Source: Zancudomyces culisetae HAW-14-8 (Eukaryota > Fungi > Kickxellomycota). From it: a stretch of 64,000 nt of DNA. Within the stretch, counting starts at the first letter, position 1, and each line of letters starts with the position of its first letter. This document shows, piece by piece, positions 39,509-51,684 of the stretch. The notes under the pieces are model-generated. The model ran no database searches, was not told where the DNA came from, and was given only the letters and a program-made list of their open reading frames with translations. Both the position numbers and the translations under genes were made by a program. Location: assembly GCA_052426225.1 (NCBI GenBank), contig JBNJNM010000006.1, positions 682,001 through 746,000 of the forward strand, written 5' to 3'.

Positions 39509-41389
39509 ATGAAAGTTTTAATAACTACATTAATACTTGCTTCGCTCAAAGTAGGGGTAAACGCAGCCGCGATACGCCATGAGCCAATGCAACTTAGAGG
39601 CTACGAACCAGCTACAGATCAGGATATGGCATACTCACATACGTTAGAGAATGTATACCCAGATACTACTAATGTAAAGGAGTATAACTCAGAAGTTTGT
39701 CCAAAATACTACCGAAGAAGATATGGTGGTGGTGGTGGTCGTAGGAGTCATATGAGAGGGCGTGGACAAAGACTGGGACGTGTAGGAGTGAGTAGAGCTG
39801 GTGGAATAAATGGGAATTGGTGGAAGCATGGAAATAATCAAATAAGAAGGAAAAACCATGGAAATAGTGGTAAAAATAGGGGTAAAAGTAAAAAAAACAT
39901 AGCAGCTAGTGGCAGAAATAGAAGTACCAATGCAAGGAATACTGGTGTCGCAAGAAGTTTGTTAAGTACAAATGCCAAAGTTAGTTCGACTGGAAATGAA
40001 AATAGAGGAACCAGCAGTGGCAATAGTGGAAACAATAATGAAAACAGTGCAGCTAGCAGTGAAAATAGTGAAAACAGTAACGGCAATAATAGAAACAGCA
40101 GTGGAAATAGTGGGACCAGCAGTGGAAATAGTGGGACCAGCAGAAATAATAGTGAAAGTATTAGTGGAAACAGAGGAAATGGTAATGGTAATAGCGAAAG
40201 TAGCAGTGGAAACAACAGTGGTAATAGTGGAAATGGCAGTGGAAATAGTGGGGATGGCAATGGCAGTGGAAGTGGAAGTGGAAGTGGAGGTGGAGATGGC
40301 AGTAACGGAAATGATAATGGAAGTGGCAATAGTGGCAATGGCAGTGGAAATAGTGGAAGTGGTAGTGGCAGTGGCAGTGACAGTGGAAGTGGAAGTGGTA
40401 GTGGAAGTGGAAGTGGTAGTGGAAGTGGAAGTGGAGGTGGAGGTGGCAATGGAGATGGCAGTAACGGAAATGATAATGGAAGTGGCAATAGTGGCAATGG
40501 CAGTGGAAATAGTGGAAGTGGTAGTGGCAGTGGCAGTGACAGTGGAAGTGGAAGTGGTAGTGGAAGTGGAAGTGGTAGTGGAAGTGGAAGTGGAGGTGGA
40601 GGTGGCAATGGAGATGGCAGTAACGGAAATGATAATGGAAGTGGCAATAGTGGCAATGGCAGTGGAAATAGTGGAAGTGGTAGTGGCAGTGGCAGTGACA
40701 GTGGAAGTGGTAGTGGAGGTGGCAATAGTGGCAATGGCAGTGAAAATAGTGGTAGTGGAAATAGTGGAAGTGGTAGTGGTAGTGGAAATAGTGGCAGTGG
40801 CAATGGCGGTGGAAGTGGAAGTGGAAGTGGAAGTGGAAGTGGCAATGGAGATGGCAGTAACGGAAATGATAATGGAAGTGGCAATAGTGGCAGTGGCAGT
40901 GGCAGTGGCAGTGGAAGTGGCAGTGGAAGTGGAAGTGGTGGTGGAGGTGGAGGTGGAGATGGCAGTAACGGAAATGATAATGGAAGTGGCAATAGTGGCA
41001 GTGGCAGTGGAAATAGTGGAAGTGGTAGTGGCAGTGGCAGTGACAGTGGAAGTGGTAGTGGAGGTGGCAATGGAGATGGCAGTAACGGAAGTGGAAATAG
41101 TGGAGGTGGTAGTGGAGGTGGCAATGGAGATGGCAGTAACGGAAATGATAATGGAAGTGGAAATAGCGGAAATGGAGGTGGCAATAGCGGAAATGGCAAT
41201 GGAGGTGGAGGTGGCGAGAGTGAACATGATCATGAGCATAAAAATAAGGATAAACACGGCCATGGTCATGACCACAATGATGATCATAGAGATCATGACA
41301 AGGGTATTCCAGTACTTGCAGATGTGGTTGACGTTGAGGTTGTTATTGATACTAATGCCCATACTAATAACACTACTATCACTGAGTAA
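39509..41389 (+). CDS. Secreted Gly/Ser/Asn-rich repetitive protein, paralog 1 (signal peptide, propeptide ending in RRR, basic RG block, GS/GN repeats, His-rich tail)
   Basis: MKVLITTLILASLKVGVNA signal-like N-terminus. 159-nt (53-aa) repeat units start at 40292, 40451 and 40610. The tail reads EHDHEHKNKDKHGHGHDHNDDHRDHD. Confidence 0.85.
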   Translation: MKVLITTLILASLKVGVNAAAIRHEPMQLRGYEPATDQDMAYSHTLENVYPDTTNVKEYNSEVCPKYYRRRYGGGGGRRSHMRGRGQRLGRVGVSRAGGINGNWWKHGNNQIRRKNHGNSGKNRGKSKKNIAASGRNRSTNARNTGVARSLLSTNAKVSSTGNENRGTSSGNSGNNNENSAASSENSENSNGNNRNSSGNSGTSSGNSGTSRNNSESISGNRGNGNGNSESSSGNNSGNSGNGSGNSGDGNGSGSGSGSGGGDGSNGNDNGSGNSGNGSGNSGSGSGSGSDSGSGSGSGSGSGSGSGSGGGGGNGDGSNGNDNGSGNSGNGSGNSGSGSGSGSDSGSGSGSGSGSGSGSGSGGGGGNGDGSNGNDNGSGNSGNGSGNSGSGSGSGSDSGSGSGGGNSGNGSENSGSGNSGSGSGSGNSGSGNGGGSGSGSGSGSGNGDGSNGNDNGSGNSGSGSGSGSGSGSGSGSGGGGGGGDGSNGNDNGSGNSGSGSGNSGSGSGSGSDSGSGSGGGNGDGSNGSGNSGGGSGGGNGDGSNGNDNGSGNSGNGGGNSGNGNGGGGGESEHDHEHKNKDKHGHGHDHNDDHRDHDKGIPVLADVVDVEVVIDTNAHTNNTTITE

Positions 41390-42179
41390 GGTTATGGTGA
41401 GGTGTCAAGTGGTATCTACAATAGCAAATTTATATCCTATTTCGCCAAAATTCAAGCTGACTAATTATTTGAGCACACATATTTCTTTATTTTTATCCTC
41501 GATGTTGGGGTTGATACTACATTTCAAAAAGGCTTTATTTGCCGGATTTCCTCCTACGATTCATAATTAGTAATTTGACAAATATAAGTTCATAAAAGCT
41601 AATAAATATTTAAAACATAAAAACCGTTCTGCCAAGTGCATGAAATATCTGTTTCTCATATTTATAAATACCTTTCTTGCCTTCTCCACCTTCCAAGACA
41701 AGGCAAATTGCGTCTTAAACATACTATCCCGTTTTTTTTGCCACCCCCATCACTTTTTAATTATTCTAGCAAAGAAGAAAGGGAAATTATTAAATAATCC
41801 ACAACAAAGCTGAACAGTAAAACCATAACTAAAGACTGTTTTTTATATACAGTAGTTTGTATCTTATATAATACTGATATACTGATATACTGAAATCATA
41901 ATTTTTGTTTATCGGAGATAGCACTTTTGAAAACACGGGAAAGTTGATCTGAGTTAACAACCAAGAAGGGCTGCCCGTTTAAATGTGAGATATCAACTAA
42001 AAACCTTTTTAGGGTCAAGCTTATGAAAAAATATTACACAAAGACAAAAGCAAGAACACCAAAGTAATGCAGCCTGCCAGAAGGTACATCTCAATTTATA
42101 GTTGTGAAAAGTAAATGCTTGATACACAACAAGCTAAATCAGCTATGGAGATTTACTATGACGCTTATATGAAAGATAA

Positions 42180-43230
42180 TGTCAAGTATCAGCAACATAT
42201 GAGTTCAAACATGCAGGTCTAGTTGATTATAGACGGAAACACAGAGAAAATAATATGGTTTGACCACTTTGATATTCTTGTCAATGACCTTACAGATAAC
42301 AGCAGAGATTCTACTAACAGACATGAAATGGGTTTTGTCCAGACAACGGACGAGAAGGATTTTCTCAGGAGATAACAGAGGTTTTAAATAATACCCAAAC
42401 AACAAGGCAGTAAGTATAGACTAAATACAAGCTAAACATGGAAGATTACACTAGGAGAGGAAGAACCAACTACACCCATATGGCTCGTAGTGTTCAAGAT
42501 GGTTAGCAGAACCTTTGAAACGGGTGAGATAGTCGAGAGGTGGAGCACTATTATTTTGGTTCCAGTACCCAAGAAAGGCAATTTCACTGACCCTAAAAAT
42601 TATTGCGGCATTTCGTAATACCAACCATGATAAAACTTGTAGTCAGGTTGGTTGCAGCAATACTAGATAAAGAAGATAATAGAATAAAAAAATAGCAAAA
42701 GAACAAGCGGGCTTCAGAAACCGAGAAGAGTGTGTAGCTCAAGCTACTTCTCTTTATGAAAGTGTCAGAATACAAAAACTGAACAAAAAAGAAACTTGGG
42801 TAGCGTTTATTGACTTTGCAAAGGCGTAATACAAAGTGCCTAAGAAGCATGCTAGCTAGTTTAATGCCGGGGGATAAGAAAAAATTACCTTAACATATAA
42901 AGAATCATACAAAACATCTTAAATGAGCGTTAAAGTCGGAGGGGAATTGTCCCCAGTCCTAAAATATGATTGTGGTATGAGGCAAGTTTTACCATTGTCG
43001 CCGTTTCTCTTCGATAATACATTAACAATATATTTAGTTGGATAAAAGGAGTAACAGTACCAGGCTTACCTAATTTGGACCTCGGGAATAACTAAAATAC
43101 TATGTTAGTTTTTTGCAGAGGACTTTATTGTGTTTATGAAACACCAGAATAAATGGAAATATCTTTTAATATGAGTAGTACCTGAGCATAATTATTAAAT
43201 GTCTGTAAACGCCTGATAATGCGGAACAAT
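42180..43230 (+). pseudogene. Degenerate non-LTR (LINE) reverse transcriptase fragment
   Basis: Interrupted frames give WSTIILVPVPKKGNFTDPKNYCGIS*, KEQAGFRNREEC, AFIDFAKA*YKVP and GMRQVLPLSPFLF. Boundaries are approximate. Confidence 0.8.
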
Positions 43231-44367
43231 GGCGAATATTATGAAAAAAAATCAATGCTAAATCCAATGGTTATGCTCTAAGATCTAAGAGTTATGTCTA
43301 TCAGAGCTGAAATTATTACAAGACTTATAAGAATGAATATATTATAAGAAATTTGAATGGCTTTTTATGGGGCTTAATCAATTTTAAAAAATAATAGTAT
43401 ATCAATAGATGTAAAATACAAATATACAACCGGATATGATACAGACAGGATAGATATGGGAAGGTTGACTCCTTGGAAAGAGAGTAAGAATGATTGTTAC
43501 TTAACCCGCAAGGAAGAAAGACTATCGTAGCATTCCTGGCTGAACTGTATCAGTGTGGGATACTTGAATAATATTTTATTGAGCCTTAATGATCATCTCA
43601 GTTTGATTCAGATCAGAGCAAATATTCCTGAATAAATTTATGGAGTATATGGATTTGCTGGAGGAATAAATGTAGGATGCAAAAGAGTTTATAATTTTGA
43701 AAGTTTTTCTAAAATAGAACATACTTGTGTGGATCGGAAGTTCATTATTTATTTTTCAATTACTATTAAATATACTTTCGTATATAGTACAAATTGCTAT
43801 AGTACAGATATCCTCTACGGTTGTGGTGTGAGCTAATCTCTATTTTTGAGTAACCATTTCTACAGAACTGATATTTCCTGTTATTCTAACTATCAAGCGT
43901 TAAAATGTCAAATTAAGAAGTTGCTAATACAGTCTAATAATAATCATTATTAGCAAATAGTTCTGTAATTTAAACTTCCAAAGGCTTATGATTTACTAAA
44001 AAATGCAGGAAGATGTGTTTTTGCAAAATAAATAGAGAAGTGGAGTTCACAGACAATGTTAAGAAATAACAATAATTTCCTAATCATTTTATTAGTTATT
44101 TTAAACCTTATTAGCTAATTATAAATCATAAGCCTTTTAGTCTAGCTTGTTAGTAACTATACTTTTACAATAAAATAATCATAACTTTTTAAAAGACTTC
44201 ATATAAGTTCCAGTATTCACCAACGTTAAACCCACACCTCGTTTCCCCAGTAATCCCAAGTATAATTGTATGAACACTCATGTATCATAACAGTATTGAT
44301 ATTAAATACATTATATTTAATTATTATTTAATTAATAGTTTTAAACGTTAATATTGATACTCATGAT

Positions 44368-44677
44368 TGTCACGATTGACGCTAGATACGGTTGTTGCTT
44401 GGAAATATATTATTTGGATAAGATAATATTTTATCTCTTAGAATTTCATAGCTAAAAAATATTACTATATATATTCAAGTATTATTACTTATAAAAGCAT
44501 GTACTAATATTATAATTAATTATTGTAAAATTAATATTAATGTATAATTTTGATTTAGTGTTAGTATCATTACTTAAGTAAATGATTAAAACAACAAAAT
44601 GTTTCAATAAAAATAAGTGTTTTGAATCAGTATTGTAATGATACTAAGTAAAATCTTATCATGTCATATTCATGACA
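44368..44677 (-). mobile_element. Solo LTR, family A (inverted relative to 45491..45803)
   Basis: TGTCA...TGACA termini; the reverse complement aligns end to end with 45491..45803 with scattered mismatches. No TSD. Confidence 0.75.
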
Positions 44678-45183
44678 TATAGTTAAAATATTGGTGAATC
44701 TAATTATAGACATAATTCATATGTATGAAATAATTAAAGTATAAGTAGTCAGTTCAAAAAATATGTAGAAATTTATCTGTATTTAAAGTTGGGACTATTG
44801 ATAATTATAATATTGCTGAAAATATATCTGAGTATTACAATTAAATAAAAAATATTAATTTATTACAGAATAAATTTTTGCTTAATATTGGTATATTTGG
44901 AATTGTCGGGTGAGGTTGGGTGCAGCCTCATCCTTTGTCGGGTTTTTCAATTGTAAAAAAACATGATCCATAATATAAGCAAATAAGTCACGTGATTCTT
45001 CGGGATCCACTTTCATAGAAGTTGCTCCTGAACGATCACTATCGGATGAGTACCTGCCCTCGTCCCTTTCTGACTGGATCCATCTGGATCTGAATTTACT
45101 CATGAAGCCTGACACTCTTTATGTGAGATTTTAATAGTTTCTAATATGTTTTAAAACTTAATATTCATTAACTAGCTGTAAAC

Positions 45184-45473
45184 TGTCATGATCCATTCAT
45201 GACATTTTTGCTATTTTTAATAATTTGGTTTTACCCCATATTATTAAATGTTAACTGTGGAGTTGACAGTTAATATTATTTAGTTTTAAGTTATAGTTTA
45301 AGTATAGTTATTATTATGTTTTACAATTAATTTTGTATATTTTAAAACTATATAAAGACAAGGATTTTATTGCTTTAGGAAACTTTAGAAATAAAATACT
45401 TATCATCTCATAGTATTATATTAAATAAATCATAGCCAAGTAAACAAATAGTACTTAGTGTCAAGTCGTGACA
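45184..45473 (+). mobile_element. Solo LTR, family G (short variant)
   Basis: TGTCATGATCCATTCATGACA...TGTCAAGTCGTGACA. Homologous to 54036..54429 and 59378..59773 but lacks a ~100-bp internal segment. Confidence 0.85.
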
Positions 45474-45490
45474 GTTGGTATCTAATTTCG

Positions 45491-45803
45491 TGTCATGAAT
45501 ATGACATGAAAAGATTTATAATTAGTATTGTTACAATACTGATTCAAAACACTTATCTTAATTGAAACATTTTGTTGTTTTAATCATTTACTTAAGTAAT
45601 GATACTAACACAAAACCAAAATTATAATTTTAACATTAATCTTACAATAGTTAATTATAATATTAGTACATGTTTTTATTAGTAATATTTATTGAATATA
45701 TAAAGTAATATTTTTTCGCTATGAAATCCTTAGTGATAAAATATTATCTTATCCTAAATAAAATATTTTCAAGCAACAATAGTACCTAGTGTCAATCGTG
45801 ACA
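45491..45803 (+). mobile_element. Solo LTR, family A
   Basis: TGTCATGAATATGACA...TGTCAATCGTGACA; inverted homolog of 44368..44677. Confidence 0.75.
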
Positions 45804-46750
45804 ACAAGTTAGACTTCAAATACATTGGTCCATTTGAAATTATTGAGATGGTCAACCCGGTAACTGCTAAACTCAATGTTAGAACTAGATATATTAATTA
45901 ATAACTTGATTTAAGAAAAATATTAACTTTATTAAACTAAAGAGAATATTTTTCACTGACGATTTCCACAACAAAATTCGTTGGGTTTATATACTTTTTC
46001 GTCAGCAAAAATTTCATGAAAAAAACCAAGGTCGCAAGACCTTGTTTATCGAAGAAAAAATATTTTCTTACTTCGATAAACATTCAAGGAGTTTGTCATG
46101 ATCCAATCATGACATTTTGGGGAAACCCAAAATTATTTCGTTTTTGGGGCAAAACAAAAACGAAATCAATTTTGGGAAAAAACCAAAATAAAATTAAATT
46201 TGGGTAAAATCAAAATTAACCACATTTTGAGAAAAAGATAATTATCCACATTTTGGGTAAACCAAAATTGGTTAACATTCTTTTTCAATTTCCCAACCCC
46301 CAACTCATTATTAAATTACATTTAATATCGAGTTGTGCTGTTTGTTTCATGCCTAGTGTCATAACCATAAAATATAATTAAATTCTAGACCGTTGTGTCT
46401 ATTTATTTTATTGGTAAGTTTAAATTACGAATTTTAATTAATAAATTCGTAATTATCATTTCATGATTTTCTAAAACATTCTAGAAATTTTATTATTACA
46501 TAATAATTTTAATAATAAGTTCCTGTCTAGAAAATTTTGATTAGTAATCAAGCGATAGAAGCAATAATTTTTATTCAAGTTTCTAACTTTTTTATAAGTA
46601 TAAAAACCCTAGTTTTTTCCTTAAAATTTCTATTCCTTATCTGACAACAATTGTCTTATATAAATAAAAAAAAATAGTACTAAACTAAATATTCCTAAAC
46701 CAGTTTTGACAGTTTGTCAGATCCATAACAGTTTACTACTATTCCAAGCC

Positions 46751-47713
46751 ATGTCGGACACACACATTGAAGATTTAGACGCACCAGTCATGATGACTGT
46801 CCGCGAGTACAACGAACTCCATCGCATGTTTAACCGTCTAGGAGACTTGCAAAGCCGTGTAGACTCTTTAGCCAACCCTGGACACGTTCAATCCATGACC
46901 GTTTCTCGTGAACCCAGAGTAGCAGATCCCGAATACTATAATGGTAACAGAGATCATCTCCGCAATTTCATTTCACAAGTCAATCTCGTAATCGAAGCAC
47001 AGCCATCTCGGTTCCCTTCAGACAAGCAAAAAGTTGTTTTTGCATCTACCTTCCTTCGTGGTGCAGCCTTCTCGTGGCTACAACCCTACCTCGAGTCCCG
47101 TACACCGGTACCTATGCTTACAGATTTTGAACTATTTACTGAAGAACTACATAGAGTGTTTGGCAACCCACATCAAGCGTCTACTGCCGAAAGACAATTA
47201 AGAAGGCTTCGCCAAACCAATTCTGCTGTCAACTACGCGACTGACTTCCGTCGCCTTTCTACGTTAACCAATTGGAACGACTCCGCCCTTTGTAGCCAAT
47301 ATTATGAAGGACTCAAGGATGAAGTCAAGGATCAACTGGCAAGATTTGACAGACCTGAAAACCTCAACGAACTAATTGATCTTTCTATCAAGGTAGACAA
47401 CAGACTCTTTGAAAGACAATTAGAAAGAACCCATCGCAGCCGCTTCGCCTTTAACCAGCCTACAATACCCAGATCAGACCCTACAAGTCCACACCAACCA
47501 CGCACACAGCCCATGGAAATTGACGGAACATCCACACGCCGCCCACCCATAACACCTGAAGAACGCCAAAGACGCCGTGACAACAACCTCTGCTTGTATT
47601 GTGGTAACCCTGACCACATCATAGCGATCTGTCCCAGACGCCCACAAAATAGATCCACAATTACTCTCGCTGCCACCACCACACAGGAAAACTCTCCAGC
47701 CCAGAACGTTTAA
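46751..47713 (+). CDS. gag: Gag of element D (PEG10/sushi-like capsid plus CCHC zinc knuckle)
   Basis: [61 protein letters not shown] and [14 protein letters not shown]. Confidence 0.93.
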   Translation: MSDTHIEDLDAPVMMTVREYNELHRMFNRLGDLQSRVDSLANPGHVQSMTVSREPRVADPEYYNGNRDHLRNFISQVNLVIEAQPSRFPSDKQKVVFASTFLRGAAFSWLQPYLESRTPVPMLTDFELFTEELHRVFGNPHQASTAERQLRRLRQTNSAVNYATDFRRLSTLTNWNDSALCSQYYEGLKDEVKDQLARFDRPENLNELIDLSIKVDNRLFERQLERTHRSRFAFNQPTIPRSDPTSPHQPRTQPMEIDGTSTRRPPITPEERQRRRDNNLCLYCGNPDHIIAICPRRPQNRSTITLAATTTQENSPAQNV

Positions 47714-50700
47714 AGGACGTACCTCTGGGCTTTATCGAACATTACAAACCGTCCTCCCCTGGTCCAATCCCACAAGTTCTGAACCTTTATTCCACTTCTT
47801 ATCAACCGGAATCTACCCACCAAGATTTTGACGACTGCCTTATTAATTCTAAAATTTTTGAACCTGAACCTGAATCTGAACCTGAATCTGAACCTGAACC
47901 TGAATCTGAACCTGAACCTGAATCTGAACCTGAACCTGAACCTGAACCTGAACCTGAACCTGAATCTGAACCTGAACCTGAACCTGAATCTGAACCTGAA
48001 CCTGAACCTGAATCTGAACCTGAACCTGAACCTGAACCTGAACCTGAATCTGAACTTGAATCCTATATGTTATCTGAATATTCATCATACCTTGACTCCG
48101 ATTCCGAAAATGAATTGGACCTCGAATCCCATCTCGTACTTAATAATTTACCATCTGCAAGAACAAACTCGAACAACTTTGATGATATCAATACTTTTAC
48201 AATTGATCAACCACTGACGTCTATAATGACTTCGACTACTAACGAACATTTAGTAATCCCTGTTACCTTATTCATAGCCAACAAGAGCTTAAAACTAAAT
48301 GCTATGATCGATTCCGGTGCCACTAGCTGTTTTATTGACTCCGAGTTTGCTATTAAAGTTAACATCCCGCTACTAAAGAAAGAAGTTCCTATCCCACTAT
48401 TAGTAATCGATGGTAGATCAATTTCATCTGGATCTATCACTCACAACACAATTCCTTTACAACTACAAACATATCACCATCACGAAACGATTAGTTTTGA
48501 TGTAACTAAGTTAGGTAAATACTCATTGATTATTGGTATTAACTGGCTTAAACTTCATAACCCACAAATCGAATGGCCTAAGGATAAACTGGATTTTAAC
48601 TCAGAATTTTGCAAAAGTAATTGTAATAATCCTTTACAAATATTTGCAAACATTAGTGATCTGGATAATGCTCCTATGAATCTCGTAAACCACAATCATA
48701 TTGATTCGAAATATGTATCCATCCCCCCTGAATACCTAGACTTCCAAGATATATTCGACAAAACCTTCTCCGATCAATTACCTCCTCACAGGTCATACGA
48801 CCATAAGATACCCTTAGAACCTAATTCGGTACCGCCATTTGGACCCATATACTCCCTATCGGAACTAGAGTTATCGGCACTTAGAGAATATCTTAAGGAG
48901 AATTTAGATAAGGGCTTTATCCGATCTTCGTCGTCACCAGCCGGTGCACCTATACTATTTGTAAAGAAAAAGGATGGTTCGCTAAGGTTATGCGTAGACT
49001 ACAGAGGGCTAAACAAAGTAACAATAAAGAATCGATATCCTCTACCTCTTATCAGCGAACTCCTAGACAGATTCAGACAAGCTAAGATATTTACAAAGAT
49101 AGATTTACGTGGCGCCTACAACTTAATAAGAATTGCTGAAGGCGAAGAATGGAAAACGGCATTCCGAACCCGGTATGGGCATTACGAATACCAGGTCATG
49201 CCTTTTGGCCTCTGCAACGCTCCTGCTTCTTTTCAACACCTTATGAACGACGTTCTATCTGATTGTTTGGATAAATTCGCAGTAGCTTACTTAGATGATG
49301 TCCTTATATATAGTAACCACCTTGAAGATCACATCACTCACGTCCGAGAAGTACTTTCACGTCTACGAAAATACTCATTATATGCAAAATTAGAAAAATG
49401 CACATTTCATAAACGTAGCGTAGAGTTTTTAGGATACATTGTCTCTGATGACGGCGTACAAATGGACCCATGCAAAACAGATGCCGTTAACAACTGGCCC
49501 ACCCCAACCTGTGTAAAAGATATTCAGTCTTTCCTCGGGTTTGCAAATTTCTATCGCCGATTCATCAAAAACTTTTCTGCAATCGTTACCCCAATTACTA
49601 AACTACTTCGAAAAAATATGAAGTGGGACTGGTCCGACATAGCTCAATCCTCGTTCGAAGCTCTGAAAAAGGCTTTCACCTCTGCACCAATATTGAAATA
49701 CTTTGATCCGAACAAACCTATTACAGTAGAAACTGACGCTTCCAATTTTGCTCTGGGAGGAGTAATTTCACAGACAGACGAAAATAATATTATGCATCCC
49801 ATCGCATACTATTCACGGAAGCTACAGCCCGCCGAATTGAACTATGAAATTTACGATAAGGAGCTTCTTGCAATAGTTGAAGCATTCAAGGAGTGGAGAG
49901 CATATCTGGAAGGTGCGCAACATCAAATAACAGTTATTACTGACCACAAAAACTTGGTCTACTTCACTACAACGAAAACACTGAACCGACGACAAGCAAG
50001 ATGGTCCGAACTTCTAGGAAATTATGACTTCGTAATCAAATATGCACCTGGATCTCAAAACGGAAAACCTGATGCTTTATCTCGTCGTCCGGACCATTAC
50101 CCTAAAGAGGGGGATGGTGCTATAACTAACAGTAACGTTCTATTAAAGCCGGAACAATTGATTATTTCAGCAGTAGAACGACTACAAAACAATGATAACT
50201 TGATAACAGATATTGAAAATGCCTACTCAATAGACCCCTACGTCTATACCATATTCAAACACCTACAAAACCCTAAGCTTAGACCTCCACCTATTTTATC
50301 AAAACGCCTGTCTGACTTCAAATTAACCAATGGACTACTATTTTACAAAGGACTACTTTATGTACCAAATAGTAACAACATCAAGCTACAAATACTCTAC
50401 AACCATCATAACTCAAACACTGCTGGTCACTTAGGAGGATTAAAGACCTTAGAACTCATCACCAGAAATTATTACTGGCCAAGCATGAGAAGATTCGTAG
50501 AAGATTACATAGCAACTTGCGACCTATGCAATAGATGCAAAATTTCACGACATAAACCATATGGATACCTGCAATCCCTACCAGTGCCCCTTAAACCATG
50601 GGAGTCCATATCTATGGATTTTATTGTGAGCTTACCTGACTCCCATGGATATAATGCTATCTTAGTTGTTGTAGATCGGTTTACTAAGATGTCCCATTTT

Positions 50701-51684
50701 ATACCAACAACAAATACGATTAGTGCTTCCCAAACTGCTAAACTGTTTCTCACTCACATATACCGACTACATGGTCTCCCCACAAATATTGTATCTGACA
50801 GAGGTTCTATATTTACTTCAAAATTTTGGTCAACCCTCATGAAACTACTAAACATAAAAACAAATTTATCCACAGCCTTTCATCCTCAGTCAGATGGCCA
50901 AACCGAGCGTGTCAACCAGGTTTTAGAACAATACCTACGATTCTACTGTAACTACAATCAAAACAACTGGTCCGAGCTGCTGTCGCTAGCTGAATACTCC
51001 TATAACAACTCACAACATTCTACAACGAAGTTCAGCCCTTTCTTCGCTAACTTTGGATACCATCCAACTTCTCTCCCCAACTTAAAGATATCATCCATAT
51101 CACATTCACCTGCAGCATCTGACCTCGCTTCCATCATTTCTATTACACATAAAAAGTTGATCCAAAATATAAAAGAAGCTAATACTAGATATGCTAAAGC
51201 ATATAACAAGAAAAGAATGCAACCCCCTGACTTCCCTATCGGTTCATTTGTATGGCTCAACAAAAAATACATCAAAACTACTAGACCAAACAACAAGTTG
51301 GATTATACTAAAATTGGTCCATACAAAGTCATCCAAAAAGTTGGAAACTCTGCCTACAAGCTGGAACTGCCGGACTCCATGCGCATACATCCAGTATTCA
51401 ATATCTCACTTCTGGAACCAGTCGTAAGAAAAGAAACCATGGATCGTATTCAAGAAACCCCTCCCCCTATAGTTATAAATGGTCAAAATGAATATGAAGT
51501 AGAACAGATACTTGATAGCAGAGTCAGGTACAACAAGCTTGAGTACCTAGTTGATTGGAAGGGATACGATATAGACTCTAGATCGTGGGAACCTGCCATA
51601 AACTTAGAAAATGCACAAGAGTTAGTCAAGGACTATCATCTGCGGAACCCCACAAGACCTAAGCCTCGCGGTGCTCACCATTAA
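47686..51684 (+). CDS. pol: Pol of element D (PR-RT-RNaseH-IN-chromodomain), entered by -1 frameshift
   Basis: The -1 frame is open from 47686. Motifs: [32 protein letters not shown] zinc finger, SMDF/SDRG/QTER, GPY and the chromodomain [22 protein letters not shown]. Confidence 0.93.
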   Translation, partial: GKLSSPERLKDVPLGFIEHYKPSSPGPIPQVLNLYSTSYQPESTHQDFDDCLINSKIFEPEPESEPESEPEPESEPEPESEPEPEPEPEPEPESEPEPEPESEPEPEPESEPEPEPEPEPESELESYMLSEYSSYLDSDSENELDLESHLVLNNLPSARTNSNNFDDINTFTIDQPLTSIMTSTTNEHLVIPVTLFIANKSLKLNAMIDSGATSCFIDSEFAIKVNIPLLKKEVPIPLLVIDGRSISSGSITHNTIPLQLQTYHHHETISFDVTKLGKYSLIIGINWLKLHNPQIEWPKDKLDFNSEFCKSNCNNPLQIFANISDLDNAPMNLVNHNHIDSKYVSIPPEYLDFQDIFDKTFSDQLPPHRSYDHKIPLEPNSVPPFGPIYSLSELELSALREYLKENLDKGFIRSSSSPAGAPILFVKKKDGSLRLCVDYRGLNKVTIKNRYPLPLISELLDRFRQAKIFTKIDLRGAYNLIRIAEGEEWKTAFRTRYGHYEYQVMPFGLCNAPASFQHLMNDVLSDCLDKFAVAYLDDVLIYSNHLEDHITHVREVLSRLRKYSLYAKLEKCTFHKRSVEFLGYIVSDDGVQMDPCKTDAVNNWPTPTCVKDIQSFLGFANFYRRFIKNFSAIVTPITKLLRKNMKWDWSDIAQSSFEALKKAFTSAPILKYFDPNKPITVETDASNFALGGVISQTDENNIMHPIAYYSRKLQPAELNYEIYDKELLAIVEAFKEWRAYLEGAQHQITVITDHKNLVYFTTTKTLNRRQARWSELLGNYDFVIKYAPGSQNGKPDALSRRPDHYPKEGDGAITNSNVLLKPEQLIISAVERLQNNDNLITDIENAYSIDPYVYTIFKHLQNPKLRPPPILSKRLSDFKLTNGLLFYKGLLYVPNSNNIKLQILYNHHNSNTAGHLGGLKTLELITRNYYWPSMRRFVEDYIATCDLCNRCKISRHKPYGYLQSLPVPLKPWESISMDFIVSLPDSHGYNAILVVVDRFTKMSHFIPTTNTISASQTAKLFLTHIYRLHGLPTNIVSDRGSIFTSKFWSTLMKLLNIKTNLSTAFHPQSDGQTERVNQVLEQYLRFYCNYNQNNWSELLSLAEYSYNNSQHSTTKFSPFFANFGYHPTSLPNLKISSISHSPAASDLASIISITHKKLIQNIKEANTRYAKAYNKKRMQPPDFPIGSFVWLNKKYIKTTRPNNKLDYTKIGPYKVIQKVGNSAYKLELPDSMRIHPVFNISLLEPVVRKETMDRIQETPPPIVINGQNEYEVEQILDSRVRYNKLEYLVDWKGYDIDSRSWEPAINLENAQELVKDYHLRNPTRPKPRGAHH
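47860..48060 (+). repeat. (GAACCT/GAATCT)n hexamer array encoding poly(Glu-Pro/Glu-Ser) in the pol frame
   Basis: About 33 tandem hexamers, in frame with pol. Confidence 0.9.

Noticed and set aside
40260-41200. Regularly spaced repeats as a CRISPR-like array
   Set aside because: In-frame coding repeats without unique spacers, in a eukaryotic context with no cas genes.
39838-41570. Long Pro/Leu, Thr/Ser and Val/Glu ORFs overlapping the secreted gene
   Set aside because: Alternative-frame and antisense shadows of GGN-AGT/AAT repeats. Only the 39509 frame has a signal peptide and a paralog.
45474-45490. TGGTATC after the 45184 LTR as a tRNA-iMet PBS
   Set aside because: Only 7 nt match (no AGAGC) and no internal region follows; insufficient support.
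47828-48217. (LN)n and (QV)n ORFs
   Set aside because: Other frames of the hexamer array; the (EP/ES)n frame is the one continuous with pol.
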